The translations under genes were made by a program, and so were the position numbers. Positions 1 through 13,949 of a stretch of 64,000 nt of DNA are shown here, piece by piece. Positions within the stretch are counted from its first letter, which is position 1. Every line of letters starts with the position of its first letter. Where the stretch lies: NCBI GenBank assembly GCA_026770705.1, contig JANJGN010000026.1, positions 31,000,001-31,064,000 on the forward strand, written 5' to 3'. The DNA comes from Isurus oxyrinchus. Its lineage: Eukaryota. Below the pieces are notes generated by a model that did no database searches, was not told where the DNA came from, and was given only the letters and a program-made list of their open reading frames with translations.

Positions 1-311
1 GTGGGAAGGGATTCACTCAGGTATTCGCCCTCCAGTCACACTACCAAATGCACAGGAAGGAGAATCCATTCAGCTGTACTCCCTGTGGAAAGCGTTTCAA
101 GCAGTCAACTGACCTTAGTGAACACCAATGCACTCACAATGGGGAGAAGCCATTCACCTGTTCCGTTTGTGGGAAGGGATTCACTTGGTCATCCCAACTG
201 CTGACACATCAGCGAGTTCACACCGGGGACAGACCGTTCATCTGCTCCTTGTGTGGGACGGGATTCACTCAGTTACAACACCTGCTGAGACATGAGTGGG
301 TTCACAAGTAA
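1..311 (+). CDS. 3' end of C2H2 zinc-finger gene (partial at window edge)
   Basis: ORF 48-311 has three CxxC..HxxxH fingers with TGEKPF/TGDRPF-type linkers and ends VHK*. The first bases look out of frame, so it may be a pseudogene. Confidence 0.85.
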   Translation, partial: GKGFTQVFALQSHYQMHRKENPFSCTPCGKRFKQSTDLSEHQCTHNGEKPFTCSVCGKGFTWSSQLLTHQRVHTGDRPFICSLCGTGFTQLQHLLRHEWVHK

Positions 312-779
312 TTACAGGGGTTGGACTCTGCTGTTATTGCTGCTGTTAATCACATCCAGGTCTGATAATCTGACAATATGAGGTTTGTTTTTGCTGATGT
401 TTACAGCCCTATGACTGGCTGGAGTTTAATATTCTGGATATGTCACTGACTTTCGGGCTGCAGTGTCCCTTTTCGAAAGCACCATTTCTGATCTTTCCCC
501 TTAATACAAGAACTCTCCTCAGGAACATGTTTACAATAAAAGTTTGAACTTTTTCTTCAATCCTAAATTGGTCTTTGGAGCAAAATCTACAGTTCAGTGT
601 CTGAAAGGTTCCACTGATTTACATCTCCAATTAGAAAGTGCTGATTAATCCTTGCTGAAAATTCTGACTGACTTACATATTCTTCAGTGACACCTCCATC
701 ATGAAATTAAATTAATAAGGAACATGGAACAAAACAGTAAAATATTTTACAGATGCATCAATAAAAGCTTCATCAATCA

Positions 780-1660
780 ACATTGATATTGATGAAGCTT
801 GGAAGTCGCTGATTCAATCATTTCTGACACAGCAGCAGCAACATTTGGTAAAGATGGAATCCACAACAAAGACTGGTTTGAGACCTACTCAGCAGAGATG
901 ACATCTGTCATTGAAGCAAAAAGCAAAGCCTCCCTGATGCACAACATAAACCCAACAGCTAGAACACTGCACAGCTTGAAAGTAGCCAAGATGGTTGTGC
1001 AAATGAACACAGGATCAGCCTACACCAAGAAATCCAAACTGCCTGTGACAACAGAAATCTATGTGCTGTGTATGATGGGATCAAGATGGCACTTGGTCCG
1101 ACCATCACCAAAGTTGGCCCCCACCGAAATCGACAGATGGTGAAGTACTCACCCACAGAAATGAACAGTTGTTCCACTGGGTTGAACACTACAGTGAGCT
1201 GTAGCCCCATGGGATGAACATCTCGTAATGCTCGTTTGACTCTCTCATGCAGCTTTGCATCATGAATGATTTGCATGAAGAACCCACATCATTTCAGCTC
1301 AAACAGGCCAATAATTGCTTAGCAAGCAGAAAGGCACCTGGCAAGGATGGAATTCCAACCAAACTGTTCAGGCACAGAAAGTCCTAGATATTGTGACTAT
1401 CTCCTTCTCTGGAAGGTAGCATCTGTCCCACAGGACATGCATGATGCAAAAATCATCACAATATACAAAAACAAGGGTGACAGAGGAGATTGCAATGACT
1501 ACAGGGGCCTCTCACTCCTTAGCGTCACAGGGAAGACCTTCACTATGGTCATGATTGAACACTTTAACATTTTGCAGACCAAGTGTATCCAGGGGCACAG
1601 TGATGTTTCTGTTCTTGCAGGTCGACAATGGAAATAATCTTCTCCACACACCAGCTAGAA
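780..1660 (+). mobile_element. Degraded RTE-clade LINE fragment
   Basis: Broken frames give DWFE..., KAPGKDGIP and VPQDMHDAKIITIYKNKGDRGDCNDYRGLSLLSVTGK (start of RT domain). Confidence 0.8.
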
Positions 1661-1952
1661 GAGAAGCGTACAATTGGGATTTAAAATGCTGCCGGCATCT
1701 GTGCTGAGAACATTGAAATGTTATAATTACTGAACCTTTCAGCATGGATCATAATTTACTTGTAGAATTATAAAAGGCACTGAAAAGTTGGTTTCCCTAA
1801 AGATAAGCTTCAGCCTAGAAGTTATGAGCCGGAGCTTACAAGCTGCAGAAAACTCCACCCACTTTGAATCTTTTTGTCTAAGAAGGTTGAAGCTTCAATG
1901 CCAACTTATTTAGTTTTATTTTTCTTCAGTTATATTACAGTGATTTATAAAG

Positions 1953-3260
1953 GTGTTTGATGAAACCTCAACTCACCTTCTTTGGTTTGGAGTTCGGGAA
2001 CTGCAGTTCGGAAATGCATGTCAGATGACCTGAGATGGAGCATCTTTACCTGTTCGGTGTCCCAGGTAGCAGGACCCGGGAGGGGGAGAGGGAGAAGTTC
2101 CCAAACCAGGGAGAAATCCCAAAAGGTAGCTCCAGGTAAGGGATGAAGATAGGGGACAGAAATAGGTCCCCTTAAATGAGATAAATGAAAGGAGCAGATA
2201 AATAGGGTCAGAGTTAAATAAGGAGCTGCAGTGAGCAGACTTGTAGTGAAGTGGGCTTGAGAGAAGCCCTGAAGATCTGAGAAGGCAGCTGAAGGTCGGT
2301 AACTCCATACTATGGGCTGTTGGGTACCTCTTTGAAGCAGTGGTGTTCTGCTTGGCACAGCCAAAGATCTGAAATTTTGCTTGGAATGTGATGCTTGAGT
2401 GTGATCAAGAATCCAGGGGAAAGGAATCTTGGAAGGAGGGATTGAATCCCTGCGAGGTGGGCCATTGTTGAAATTGCCCAAGTGGGAGTGACCTTGGGAA
2501 AAAATTCCATGGTGAGATCTTCAAATGTGGAGACTAGAAACCCTCATGAGAAAGACGACATTTCAGTGAGATTGGTTGGCTCACAATGTAACAAACCTCT
2601 GGGTGGGTTGCTGAGGGATCCATAGAATCTGCTTTGGTTGCACCTGTCCTTGAGAGTTCAGAGTGTCACAGAGAGAGGGGACAGGAATTTTAAGCTCTTT
2701 GATAAGAAAAATTATAAGGCTCTTGGGGACAGTAGTTAACTGAATAATCAGTTATAGAACTCAGTAATTGATCAGTTTAGCAGAGATGCTACCAGAAGAT
2801 GGAGTTTAGGGAACTCATTTGTTCACTTTGCAGTTGAAGAAACAATGAATTTGGAGTGCATTATCTGGGAGCCTCGGGGAGAGATAAAAGTTGAGTGATA
2901 AGCATCGAGTGAATGCTCAGGAATTCACTGGAAGAAAACTGTTTGCAACTGTGCCAGTCCCAAGTGAGAAGCTTTTGTGTCAAGCTAGTGGTAACTCTTC
3001 ACTGGTTTATTTGTCTGTAAAGATATTTCTGGGGTAAAGGAATAGTGTGAATGTGAATTGTCTTCTTGTGCTGGTATTGAGATCTTTCCAACCTTTTTTG
3101 CCTGGTGTAATATAGTTCGTTTTTTTATGCTTAATAGTTTATTCTTTGTGTCAACAGACTCCAGTTGATGAACTTTCCTCCATATTTTTTTCAAAAAAAA
3201 TTAGGATCTGTCAAATGGATTTTATTGTCCAGTATCAACATCAGCTGGGATCGTGAGCAG
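1953..3260. mobile_element. Probable solo LTR insertion
   Basis: About 1.3 kb block absent from the paralogous segment at 12.8-15.0 kb. Starts near TGT, ends ...cagctgggatcgtga, no coding capacity. Confidence 0.4.
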
Positions 3261-5160
3261 TAATCTGAAGAAAGAACAAAAGAGTTGTGAGAAATACCAG
3301 AAGAATTGGAGAAACAAAAATGGTGTTTGGTTCATCTTTGATCTGAAAGGAAAAGTTATGTAAAGTTGACACAATTGTGCACATTTGAGAACATTTGCTC
3401 CAACTTTCTGCAAACAAGCGAAGACTTTAACCCCTGTCCCACTGAGAAAGTTTGAACTAAAGACTTCGCCTTTTAAAGATTTGGATTTATCCCACTTGCT
3501 ATCTTTCAAGACAAAGTGCTTGAGAGCAGGAGATATGGTAGTTAGGTCTTAGCTGATTGCAAGTATTTCTATCTCTGATGTAAAAACACCATATTACGTG
3601 AATATTGATTGAGACAGTAAAGTTCCTCAAGGGCTCATTAATGAGGTTGAATGGTAATGAATGGATGGTCCACTTAAAATAGAAGACAGAGAAAATTATA
3701 CCACCAATGGAAATTGGAATAACTCATTCTGGGTATAGTTCAATAGAATAGATCAATCTGGTATCCTTGTATATTTATGTGAAAGAAATGAAATTGTAGA
3801 TGAGACTAGCACATTTTTAGCCCTTTGTTGAAGATGTTAGTATCCTTGCCTCTGAACTTCTCAAGGAAACTGCATTTAATAGTCTGGCCACTACCTGAGG
3901 CATTGTAGTGGGGAAATAAACCAAGATCGTCAGACACCCTCTTGATCATTTGGTAAGATTACCTAAAAGTCAAGAATGGCTTATATCAGATGCAGCATGA
4001 TATTTGGGATACTGGTGTGAGTTTGTAGATGTGATTTGTTACATGTGAAGTAATTAACATGTAGAAATGCATGGTGAACCTGCTCTGAGGAATGAGTCAC
4101 AGACATGCTCAAGAACTCAACAACACAACAACATAAAGTGATTAATGTGGTTAGTAGAATGACACATTTTATATTATCAATGCATTGACACATACTCCAT
4201 GGAGAAACAGACTTTAAAATGATCAGGACAGAATTAAGCTTGTTAAATTCACCCTCCTACTGTTAACATTGAGTGGCCCGTTGTTATCCTGGGTGATCAG
4301 TCCCAGTGGCTGATAGTGTGAAATAAAGGACAACATCCCTGGATAATCACTGCCTCTAATTTCCTTCTGGTATTACTGATGATGCTAATTCCCCTAATGT
4401 TCATGGTCTGATTGATGAAGAGAATTTGAAGGCAGATTACAAGGAGAAAGAGTATAATGGAAATGTTTGCACTGACCAAGAGAAAAGCTTTGAAGCTACA
4501 AAAGGCAGAATCTTCTTGAGCCTCGCGGTGTGGAATGTAGATGGAAGGAGGCCAAGTGAGGAAGATCTGAATAATCTGAATAACTTTATTAAATGTTTCT
4601 CAATAGTAAAGACACTTACGCACATTAAATCTCTCAGAAAGAGATGAGATTTTCAGGCACAATCTATGAGAAAAGGAATGACATCTCAGACTCACTAAAG
4701 AGGATTAAATCATTTATGAGATGAGTTAATTGGATTGATTTTTTCCATTTTAATAAACAAAAACAGAACATGTTGATATGTATTATCAAATTAGCAAGAC
4801 CTTACTAAAAGAAACATGGTTCCATACACAAAAGGTCGGGGCTCTTGACTTGATCTAACTTTGACCAGAGAAACCAGATTGGAACGAATGTGCTGATTGC
4901 ACTCTCAGCTCTTTCGGATGAGTCCTCCCGTAAGTATCCAGTAATATCATGGTCTCAGTATATAGTCAATTGTGTAACAGAAAGAAACATTAAACAACAA
5001 CCCATCATTTCCTACTTTATGATCTTGTTTGAAGGGGTCCGGAGATAGATTATTGTGTAAGAACGCAATGTACATTTAGCCTGTTAGGGGCCAACATCCT
5101 GTTACAATTTGAAATGAATCCCAGGATCTCTGAAAAGCAGTGGATCCATTATCAGCAAAT

Positions 5161-5572
5161 TTATTTCCAGACAGGAGGCAGGTAAATGAAAGTGATTCTC
5201 TTCCCATGCACATAACAGGTGAATAACCTCTCACCTGTGTGCACTTGCTGGTGTAACAGCAGGCTAGATGACTCAGTGAATCCCTTCCAACAGATGGGGC
5301 TGGTGAATGGCGTCTCCCCTCTGTGAGTTCGCTGATGACATTCAGCTTGGACAATTGAATTCCTTCCCATCGTCCTCACATTTTCATAGTTTCTCCATGC
5401 TGCCTTGTGTCCTTGTCCATGTGTCTCTAGGTTGGAGGACCAGTTGAAGCCTGGCCCATGCACACAAAACACGTGTATGGTTTCTCTCTGTTGTGAATGG
5501 TGTGATGGTTTTCATGCTGTGTAACTGGGTAAAGCTCTTTCCCCGGTTAGTGGATTGGAACACTCTCACTTG
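5161..5572 (-). pseudogene. C2H2 zinc-finger pseudogene
   Basis: Frameshifted finger remnants ([35 protein letters not shown]) with lost Cys/His ligands. Confidence 0.85.
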
Positions 5573-6249
5573 GGCCTGTGTCTTGGTGCTTTCCTCCCCG
5601 TAATGAGAAGCAAACTCAACGTGCCATCTCCACCATTCCTTTCCTCCACTCCCAGTTTTCTCCTTCTACTCTGGCTGGGTTCAGTTCTCAGTTGTGTGCA
5701 GACTGGTAATGAAATCAATGACTCAATAACTTTCTCTCCTGGTCACTGGGACCTTGAAGCCTCATCCACTCCCTGTTCCCTCACCAAAATGGCCACACAT
5801 TTGCTATGCTACTTACTGAAGCAGGATGGCAGCCATTAACCCAGGCCTGTTCCTGGGAAAAAGCCCCAGAGTGGCAAACGTGGGCCCTGCAGGTTCTTAT
5901 TCAGGCCTTTTTGCCTTCACTGGGTTTTTCCTGAAACCTTGATCCTGTGCATGCCATCAGCTCACCTGCCTGGACAGCGCATCCAGCACTTGCATCGTTC
6001 TGATCAAAGCATCACTGGGCATGCTTCAGATACTGTCCAGCACTGCACCTGCACACTGAGCTCCTGTAGAGTGAATAGGGCACATTTACTTCTGTGGGAA
6101 ATGTTGGGAAAAATCCCCGAAATTGAAAATCACAAATGGTAAATAGTAGTTGACTCCTGTGATGCCATTAAGATGAAAGAATTAATTAAATCAATAAAAT
6201 TAATTTTAAAAGACTCACAGAAATTCAAGTTCACTGGCACTCTGACATG

Positions 6250-6325
6250 GCCCAGGCCTGAATGTGATGAATAACAGCAGAATCCAACCCCTGCAGTCAC
6301 AGATGAACTCACTGGTGTCTCACTT
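6250..6325 (-). pseudogene. Isolated ZNF 3'-end fragment (last finger end plus shared 3' UTR)
   Basis: Reverse complement gagacaccagtgagttcatctgtgactgcaggggttggattctgctgttatt matches the ends of the other ZNF copies. Confidence 0.7.
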
Positions 6326-6449
6326 CTTTCCATGCACAGGATATTTAAACAACCTCTCTCCATGAGCACAGTATTGTGAATTAACTATTTTAGTCTTTTA
6401 AAGCATTTCTCATGGTGAGATAATTTAATGTGCCTGTTCCAATGTGGAA

Positions 6450-6760
6450 TTCACTCAGGGCAGGTAAAACATGTATTAGAAACAGAGTAAAGGTCCCTCT
6501 ACAATTTCCCATTAAATATTCCCAAGGTAGGTACAACACGTGTTAGAATTAGATACTGAAGAAAGCTTCCTCTAAATCATCCCATCAAACATGCCCAGGG
6601 CAAGTACAGCCCAGGGTAGATACAGAGAAAAGCTTCCACAACATACCACATCAAACAGTGCCACAGAGCAGGTACAGCACGGTTTTAATAGAGAGTAAAA
6701 CTCTCTCTGCACTGTCCCATCAAACTCTCCCAGCCAATACTGAGCAGGGTTCAGGGAGGA
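6450..6760. repeat. Degenerate ~65-bp tandem repeat, about 5 copies
   Basis: Unit approximately tagatacagagtaaagctccctctacactgtcccatcaaacactcccagggcaggtacagcacgg. Related copies at 49320-49420 and 50040-50180. Confidence 0.75.
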
Positions 6761-6836
6761 TAGATCCCAGGCACTGCACTGATATCATAAAGCATCACCA
6801 TTCTATCCACCTGGTCCTCTCCTTGTCCCTTTTAAA

Positions 6837-6970
6837 GGTGGAGAACTGGAACATCCTGTCTCCAAACACATGTCACCCTGTTCATACTGAGAATCCCAGG
6901 GTGGAGAACTGGGACATCCCATCTCAAAACACATTGCACCCTGTCCACACTGAGAATCCTAGGGTGGATA
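6837..6970. repeat. 63-bp tandem duplication
   Basis: ggtggag/ggtggat recurs at 6837, 6900 and 6963. Confidence 0.8.
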
Positions 6971-8139
6971 ATTCTCTCACCTTCATCCCTGTGGAAAAAT
7001 CTACCTGTCTGCTGAAATAGATATTAGCGATTCACTGGTTAGTTACATACACAGAGAACCTAGTAGAGTTTGATCCAATAATTCTACACATTTCACATAC
7101 CTGAGTAACATTTTTAATAAAGAGCCCAGTTAAGGTAGTATCGCCAATGTAATAGGGCAGATAGATTATGGAATTATAAAGTAAAGGCATTACTCTCCTG
7201 CAACCTCACAACTACCTGGGATGTTGCAATATGAAGAAGCCCCACATATTTTTAAGGTGGGACAGGCTGTGTCCAGCAGATCCCTTCCCTCTGGGAAGGG
7301 AGGGGCCATCCTGCGCCTGTGCATTTTGGCCCTTCTAATAGAGATAGGCTGAATTCACCCACATGGAGCATTCTGGGTAGAATGGTTCACCATTCATATG
7401 TTACAGATTGGAGGGGAAGGTCAAGCATCATAATCATAGAACAATAGAACAGTTTAAAACAGTGAACATTCTCCACACCTACTCTCCACTGGAGTTGGGA
7501 AACATGAATATATTAATTGCAAACAATTATTTTTCTTTGAAATTCAATATTTCAGTTTATAAATTGAATCCCATTTCTTTAACTGTTTTCCCAAATTAGA
7601 TTCACGGCCACATTGTTTTTTCCCTCTGAGCCCCTGAACTCTGACAGTGTAATAGTGTTGGCGGGTGGTGACTGCTTTGCAAGTGGAGTAGATCTCTAAA
7701 GGTCATCCATTTCCCTCTTTCCATGTCTGTGAAAGATATCGAGTTTGATATCCCCCTCATTTTGAATCTATTTCCAATACTTAGATGGACAATACTTCAC
7801 TTTTCTGCTCTTTCAGTAGTTAAGGTAGCATTCTTCATCTTTAGTAGGGAATAAAATTCTGATGCCTCAGCCTTTAAAATTACCATTGTTTTGTGTAAAT
7901 CCCTCCACAGCTCAGGATCCACGCAATCACCTTGTACACAAACTAGTTCTCACTGGATTCCTGACCTAGGAGAATTAAAAGGCCCATGGATGGAAAAACT
8001 GTTGGCTGAAGCAGAGAAGATAGAAGGAGAGTTTTACTCGGGTTTTTGTATAACTTGGTTACGAATTTTATTGATTTCCACACCACCGCGCCCCAATCTC
8101 CACGTCATGACAAAATAAATCACTCTTCACTGATTAGGG

Positions 8140-8700
8140 CTTTCCATGGCGAGGAAGTTACCCGGCATCCTCCGCGATGGTGAATGTCCCCTATTCCCAC
8201 CACAGGAGAGCAGTGAGCATGCGCGGCACCGCCCATTGTTTGGAACATGCGCAGTGATGGCTCTGGAGAGCCTCTTGTCTGTGATATCCCTAAACCGGTA
8301 AGGATGCGGAAATGCGGAGGGAGCGATGGAGCCGGCGGGTCGACGGGGAGGGTTTCTAAACATCTGGTGGAGACCTCAAGCCGCAAATACGAACCTGCAG
8401 CTCCCGCGTTTGCAGCTTCGAGTAAGAGACCAAGAAACAGGCCCAAGTGAACGACCGCCATCTCGGTTCAGCAGGGTGTAGAGCACATGCGCTTGCTTAT
8501 TGGTGACGTAACTGAGTAGGCGGACCTTCAGGGTCTCTGTTCCCAACCGGGTCCTAGGTTCCGGGCGGATCATTTGAACCCAGATGATATTTGCAGCCCA
8601 AAGAAATCCATGCGCCTGTGAGAGGTTGCAACCCCTGTATAATTACCTGAAGAGCTTGGCTATAATCTTTGCCTGTCCAATGTGCGGGCACTGGGTAAGT
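8140..8700. promoter_or_regulatory. CpG-island promoter and likely non-coding first exon of the 9-10 kb ZNF locus
   Basis: Local CpG enrichment, several NRF1-like CATGCGC motifs, YY1-like CGCCAT (~8456), CRE-like TGACGTA (~8504), donor-like G|GTAAGT at ~8695. Confidence 0.65.
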
Positions 8701-9106
8701 TAGAGGATCTTCTCCTGGTTAAAACAACAATTTGAAGATCCAAGATGAAAGGGGAGATGATGGGGGATGGTGGAGGGCTCACACTAGGTGCCAGCCTCTT
8801 TCGCAGCCTCGTCTATGCCCAGGTAACCCTGTACAGGGAGCATGTGGTGTCCATCTTCTATAACTGGTGGGGACATCAGGGTACGGAGTATTTAATTAAC
8901 ACAGAGAACAACATCCTGGTTTAGATAGAAAGGTTCTCTGAACTCTTGTGGGACTTTGTTGCTGATTTTCTCTTCTTTTACTTTTATTGAAGCACATCTT
9001 TGTAGAAACAAGAGAAGAAAGAATGTTCCATCGGAACTAGAATTGCCTATTCTGAATTTCTATCCTGGGCTGATAGTGATACTGACACTGTCAACTTCTT
9101 TTCCAG

Positions 9107-10330
9107 CGATTAGAAGGAGATAATTTGCAAAGATTTCTGCAGATCTGACAAAGTCACTCGATTCATCAGGACCTGAATATCATTGGCAGGTGAGTGTGGA
9201 AGGAGAATTTTTGGTATGTTCTGCCTGGGACTGGAAAAACATCAACACACACACACACCAACACACACACACACACACACACACGAAGGAGGGTGTTCCA
9301 GAGCCCTGACTGTCGAAAGAGCTTTAACCAGTTACACGGCCTGAAAATACATTACACCGTTCACAGTGGGGAGAAACCATACGTGTGTTCTGTGTGAACG
9401 AAACTTCAACCTGGAGAGACACAAGTACATTGACACCATGGAGAAACCATGGAAATGTGGAGACTGTGGGAAGGGATCCACATCACCATCTGCATTGGAA
9501 ATTCATCGATGCAGTCACACTGGGGAAAGGCCGTTCATCTGTTCTGACTGTGGGAAAGGATTCACTTGACTAACCCACCTCACTGCTCACCAACTTGTTC
9601 ACTCTGACACAAGACCTTTTAAATGTTCTAATTGTGAGAAGAGCTTTAAAAGAAAACAAAACCTGCTGACTCACCAGCGAGTTCACACCGGAGAGAGGCC
9701 GTATACTTGTGCTATGTGTGGGAAGGGATTCACTCAGTTATCCAGCCTTCAGTTACATCAGCGAGTTCACACTGGGGAGAAACCATTTGCATGCCCTGAG
9801 TGTGGAATGGCATTCACTCAGTTATGCTAACAGTTGGATCATCAGAGAGTTCACATTGGGGAGAGGCCGTTCACCTGCTGTGTGTGTGGGAAGGGGTTCA
9901 CTCAGTTATCCACCTTGCTGAGACACCAGCATATTCACACTGGGGTGAAACCGTTCACCTGCACTGAGTGTGGAAAGGGATTCACTCAGCTTCCTCACCT
10001 CACTTCACACCAACGCGTTCACTCTGACACGAGACCTTTTAAATGTTCTGACTGTGAGAAGAATTTTAAAGCAAAATGGATCTGCTGACTCACCGGCGCA
10101 CTCACACTGGAGAGAGGCCGTTTACCTGCTGCGTGTGTGGGAAGGGATTCATTCAGCATTCCCTCAGGCTGAAACACAAGTGCATTCACACCAGAGAGAT
10201 ACCGTTCACCTATTCCATCTATGGGAAGGGATTCTCTCATTCATCCACCCTGCAGACACACCAGCGAGGTCGCAAGCTGCAGGGGTTGAATTCTGCTGTT
10301 ATTGCTGCTCTTAATCACATCCAGGACTGA
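9107..10330 (+). pseudogene. C2H2 zinc-finger pseudogene (~11 finger units)
   Basis: Acceptor ttttccag at 9106. Finger array broken by a deletion/stop at ~9395, TGA at 9567, TAA at ~9828 and a frameshift at ~10070. Confidence 0.88.
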
Positions 10331-10412
10331 ACCATGTTCAATCTGAAAGTTGTAGTTTATTTTTGTTGATGTTAATAATCCCTGTAACTGGGCTGGAGTT
10401 TAATATTCTGGA

Positions 10413-11130
10413 TAGCACTGTGGGTGTACCTACACCACATGGACTGTAGCAGTTCAAGAAGGCAGCCCATCACCACCTTCTCAAGGGCAATTAAGGATGG
10501 GCAATAAATGCTGGCCCAGCAAGCGAAGCCCACATCCCATGAATGAATAAAAAAAAATGTTAAATAAATCAGCTTTGCATCAAACACACAGAGTGTTCAA
10601 GTCCTTGATTTTGCTAAGATAAGAGGAGATTGATTGATGTCCTGTTATCGAATGTTCCATTTTTGGGTCTTTTCTCCTTTGTTAATGGAGACTTGTATTT
10701 ATATAGCACCTTTCACAACTTCAGGATGTCCCAAAGTGCTTTACAGCCAATGAAGTTCTTTTGGAGTGTAGTCACTGTTGGGATGTCGGAAACGCAGTTA
10801 CCAAATTGTGCAGAACAAGATCCCACTAATATAAATGTGACTGAGACCAAATAATCTGTTCAGTGATGTTTGTTGAGAGATAAATATGAAGCAGTACACC
10901 AGGGAGAACTCCCCTATTTGGAATAACATCCTGGGCAGTTTTACACCCAACTGAGAAGGCAGATGGGGCCATAGTTGATGGTCTCAACTAGAACACAGGA
11001 CAATGCAGTGCTCCCTCAGTGCTGCATCAGAATATCAACCTGGATTTTATGCTCATGTTTCTGGATGTGGATTTGAACTCACACTCCTGACTCAGAGATA
11101 AGAATGCAACCACTGAGCTACAGCTAACAC
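10413..11130. mobile_element. SINE and CR1-tail remnants
   Basis: Recurrent ...cagttcaagaaggcagc..caccaccttctcaagggcaatta..gatggg.aataaatgctggc tail, followed by a tRNA-derived SINE-like segment. Confidence 0.6.
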
Positions 11131-11187
11131 CCATCATTACTCTAAATTATTTCAGTTCTCATCCCTTCAGTTACTCTCCTGGACAAG

Positions 11188-11742
11188 TGTAATATTTTAG
11201 TCCAGGAGTCACAGATTATCCAAAAAGGGAGTCGAAGTCATAGGTGATTTTAAAGCAATTTATTAACAAGCAACAGTTTAGATATGATACATCAGTTAAA
11301 TGGGCAGAAAAAAAATGACCCACAACAGGTGAGAATGGTTTACTGATCCCGGGTCGGCAAATGGATGGGGAGAAGCAGTGGGGGGAGGGTGGGGGGGGGG
11401 GGGGGGGGGTTGCAGTGCAGATGCTGATCTCTGTGGCTGGAGGTGGCAGTCTCCTCAGAATGATTTACTGGTCCTGGAGCAGGGGGATGCTGATCTCCGT
11501 GGCTGGAGGTCACAGTTTCTCAGTCTCCTTGAGCCAAAACATTTGGCCAATGCCAACATGCATCATTTTGAGAAGCTCTTTCCTGTCTGAAATGATTTTT
11601 CCCCTCGAATGCCCGTTCGTGTACTTTATTTCTGAGGGTCTTATATCAATCACTTATCCACTTGTCCATTATTCAAGAAAATCCCTGCTATTTCTATTGG
11701 AAGTCTGTTGAGTCATTTTGTGGCTCATTGCTTGCTACTACA
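11188..11742 (-). mobile_element. Possible LTR (TGTA...TACA)
   Basis: TGT/ACA termini, minus-strand AATAAA signals, a purine run next to the minus-strand start, and an internal 66-bp duplication (11421/11487). Confidence 0.3.
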
Positions 11743-13009
11743 TCCTGTTTAATCTTTATTCAGACAGTTGGTTTACATATGGGTCATGAAGTTTCCCCAC
11801 CCCACCAAGTTTGTTTTGTTTCAGTTTCTGTGCTAGAGACATGGCCTTGTCAGATACAATAGACCTGCACTGTTCTGTGCTTGTCAATCCAGGAAGCTTT
11901 CTTCATGAGTAAGAGAGAACGAGTCAATCCTATAATAATGAATTTTTAAAGGTTTTATAAGATTATTGGACAGTGATTTATTAGAGATCTCCCCACCTTG
12001 AGAAGGGAATATTCTTATTGACTTCTCACAAACTGATTTCTGCTTCACCCAGCTATTTCTAAGCTGTGTTTTCATAATGTCTTGATTATATTCCATCAAT
12101 GACAAAGTAAAGCTACTAGAATCATCAGAATCAGCAACACAAACCCTTGAGCTGCACCAAGAATAAATGTAAAAACTTTTCCAGTAAATGGTGATAACGA
12201 TTGACCTTGATTCATCCTCCCCACCTGCAGTTCATCTCATAGAATTCTAAATTATTGGCATGTCGTAAATATATCTGGTTCAAACAAAAGTTCATGCATG
12301 GACTTTAAAGATTCTCCAGCTCTCTGTTCACCTGTATCCAGTTTGTGGATATTTTCTAAATTCAGATTCTATATCCCGCTTCACTTTAATTTTACTCCCC
12401 CTGAAAGTGGCCAGATTATAAATGCAATTTTCTATTAAAAAATTACAAGTAAGTCCCAAGACATTTTACTAGTTTCATGGACACTTTCACTATGACAATT
12501 TAAAAAAATATATTCTTTCATGGAATGTGGCCATTCCTAATTGCACTCAGACCATGTTGGAACACAGTTAAGAGTTAACCACATTGCTGTGGAGTCACAT
12601 GTAGGCCAGCAGAGTCAGTACTGAACCCAAGATTCAATTAAATGACTTTAAATTCCATTAGCAGTCATGGTGGGATTTGACCCCGTGTCTCCAAGCATTA
12701 GCCTGAACATCTGGATTACATCTCCCCCTGATGGATTGACAAATTCCATTAACTATACCCAGCACGAGTCATTGCAATTACCAGGTGGTGGTGTGATTTT
12801 GCTCTTTTTTCCTAAGCGGAGAATTCCAATAATTGCCATTCCATCTCACTCATGAGCCCTGGGGGAACTTTACTGTTCAATTCAATCTTCTCAGAATGTG
12901 GTGTCTGTAGATCAGAGACAGGAGTGTTTGCAATCAGTTTGGAGATAACTCCCATATCTCCCGTTCTCAAGAACTTTGTCTTGAAGATAACAAATAACAA
13001 AGCCAAATT

Positions 13010-13365
13010 TTTTCATGGCATGTGCATATCGCTGGCAAGGCTAGCATTTGGTGCCCATCCCTAATTACCCTTGCTAGGTCATTTCAGAGGGCAGTTAAGA
13101 GTCAATTACTGTGGGTCTAGAGTCACATGTAGGCCAGATAAGGATGGCAGATTTCCTTCCCTAAAGGGCACTAATGAACTAGGTGGGTTTTTGCAACAAT
13201 CAGTGGTCATTATCACAGAGACTGGCTTTAGATTCCAGATTTACTAACCGAAATCAAATTCTATCAGCTGCCATGGTGGGATTTAAACCCATGTCCCCAC
13301 AACATTAACCTTGGTTCCTGGATTACTAGTCCAGCAACATTACCGCTGCGCCACCGTCTCCCCAA
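13010..13365 (-). mobile_element. tRNA-derived shark SINE (HE1-like)
   Basis: Reverse complement has a tRNA-like head with A/B boxes. Absent from the paralogous segment near 3480. Related copies at ~12510-12720, 36170-36630, 56980-57370 and 60890-61385. Confidence 0.7.
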
Positions 13366-13949
13366 ATCATTAAAAGGCAAAGTCTTTAGTTCAAATCGTC
13401 ACCATGAAGTCAGTGGAAAGGGTTAACGTCACTGTTTGTTTGCAAAAGAGCAGAGCAAATATTCACAAATATGCACAATTGAATTACCTTTACATAACTT
13501 TAGTTTTCAGATTAAAGACTAACTGACCACCATTGTCAACTTTGTTTTCCTCATTCCTCTGGTATTTTTCTCAGCTTTGCCCAAATGTTAGTGTTTTTTT
13601 TTGTTCTTTCTTCAGGTGTCTTTACAAATGACTGTAATAAAGCTGAAGAAAAATAAAACTAAAGAAGTGAGCTTTCACAGGTAAACAGAGCTTCAACCAT
13701 CTTAGACCAGAAAGCGTTAAAAAGGATGGGGCTTCCCACAACTTGTGAGCTCCAAAACAGAGCTTCAAGGGTGAAGCTTATCTTCAGGGAATCAAACTTT
13801 TTGGTGTCTTTTCCAATTGTACAAGACAATTGTAATTCACACTTAAAGGTTTACTTTCACTCAGTAATTTTAACGTTTCACATTTCTCAGCACAGGAACT
13901 GGCAGCATTTTAAATTAAATACCAATTGTACACTTCTCTTGGAGCTGGT

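Noticed and set aside
3760-5080. Possible retroviral gag/protease remnant
   Set aside because: Purine-rich and suggestive, but no diagnostic motif could be read; left unannotated.
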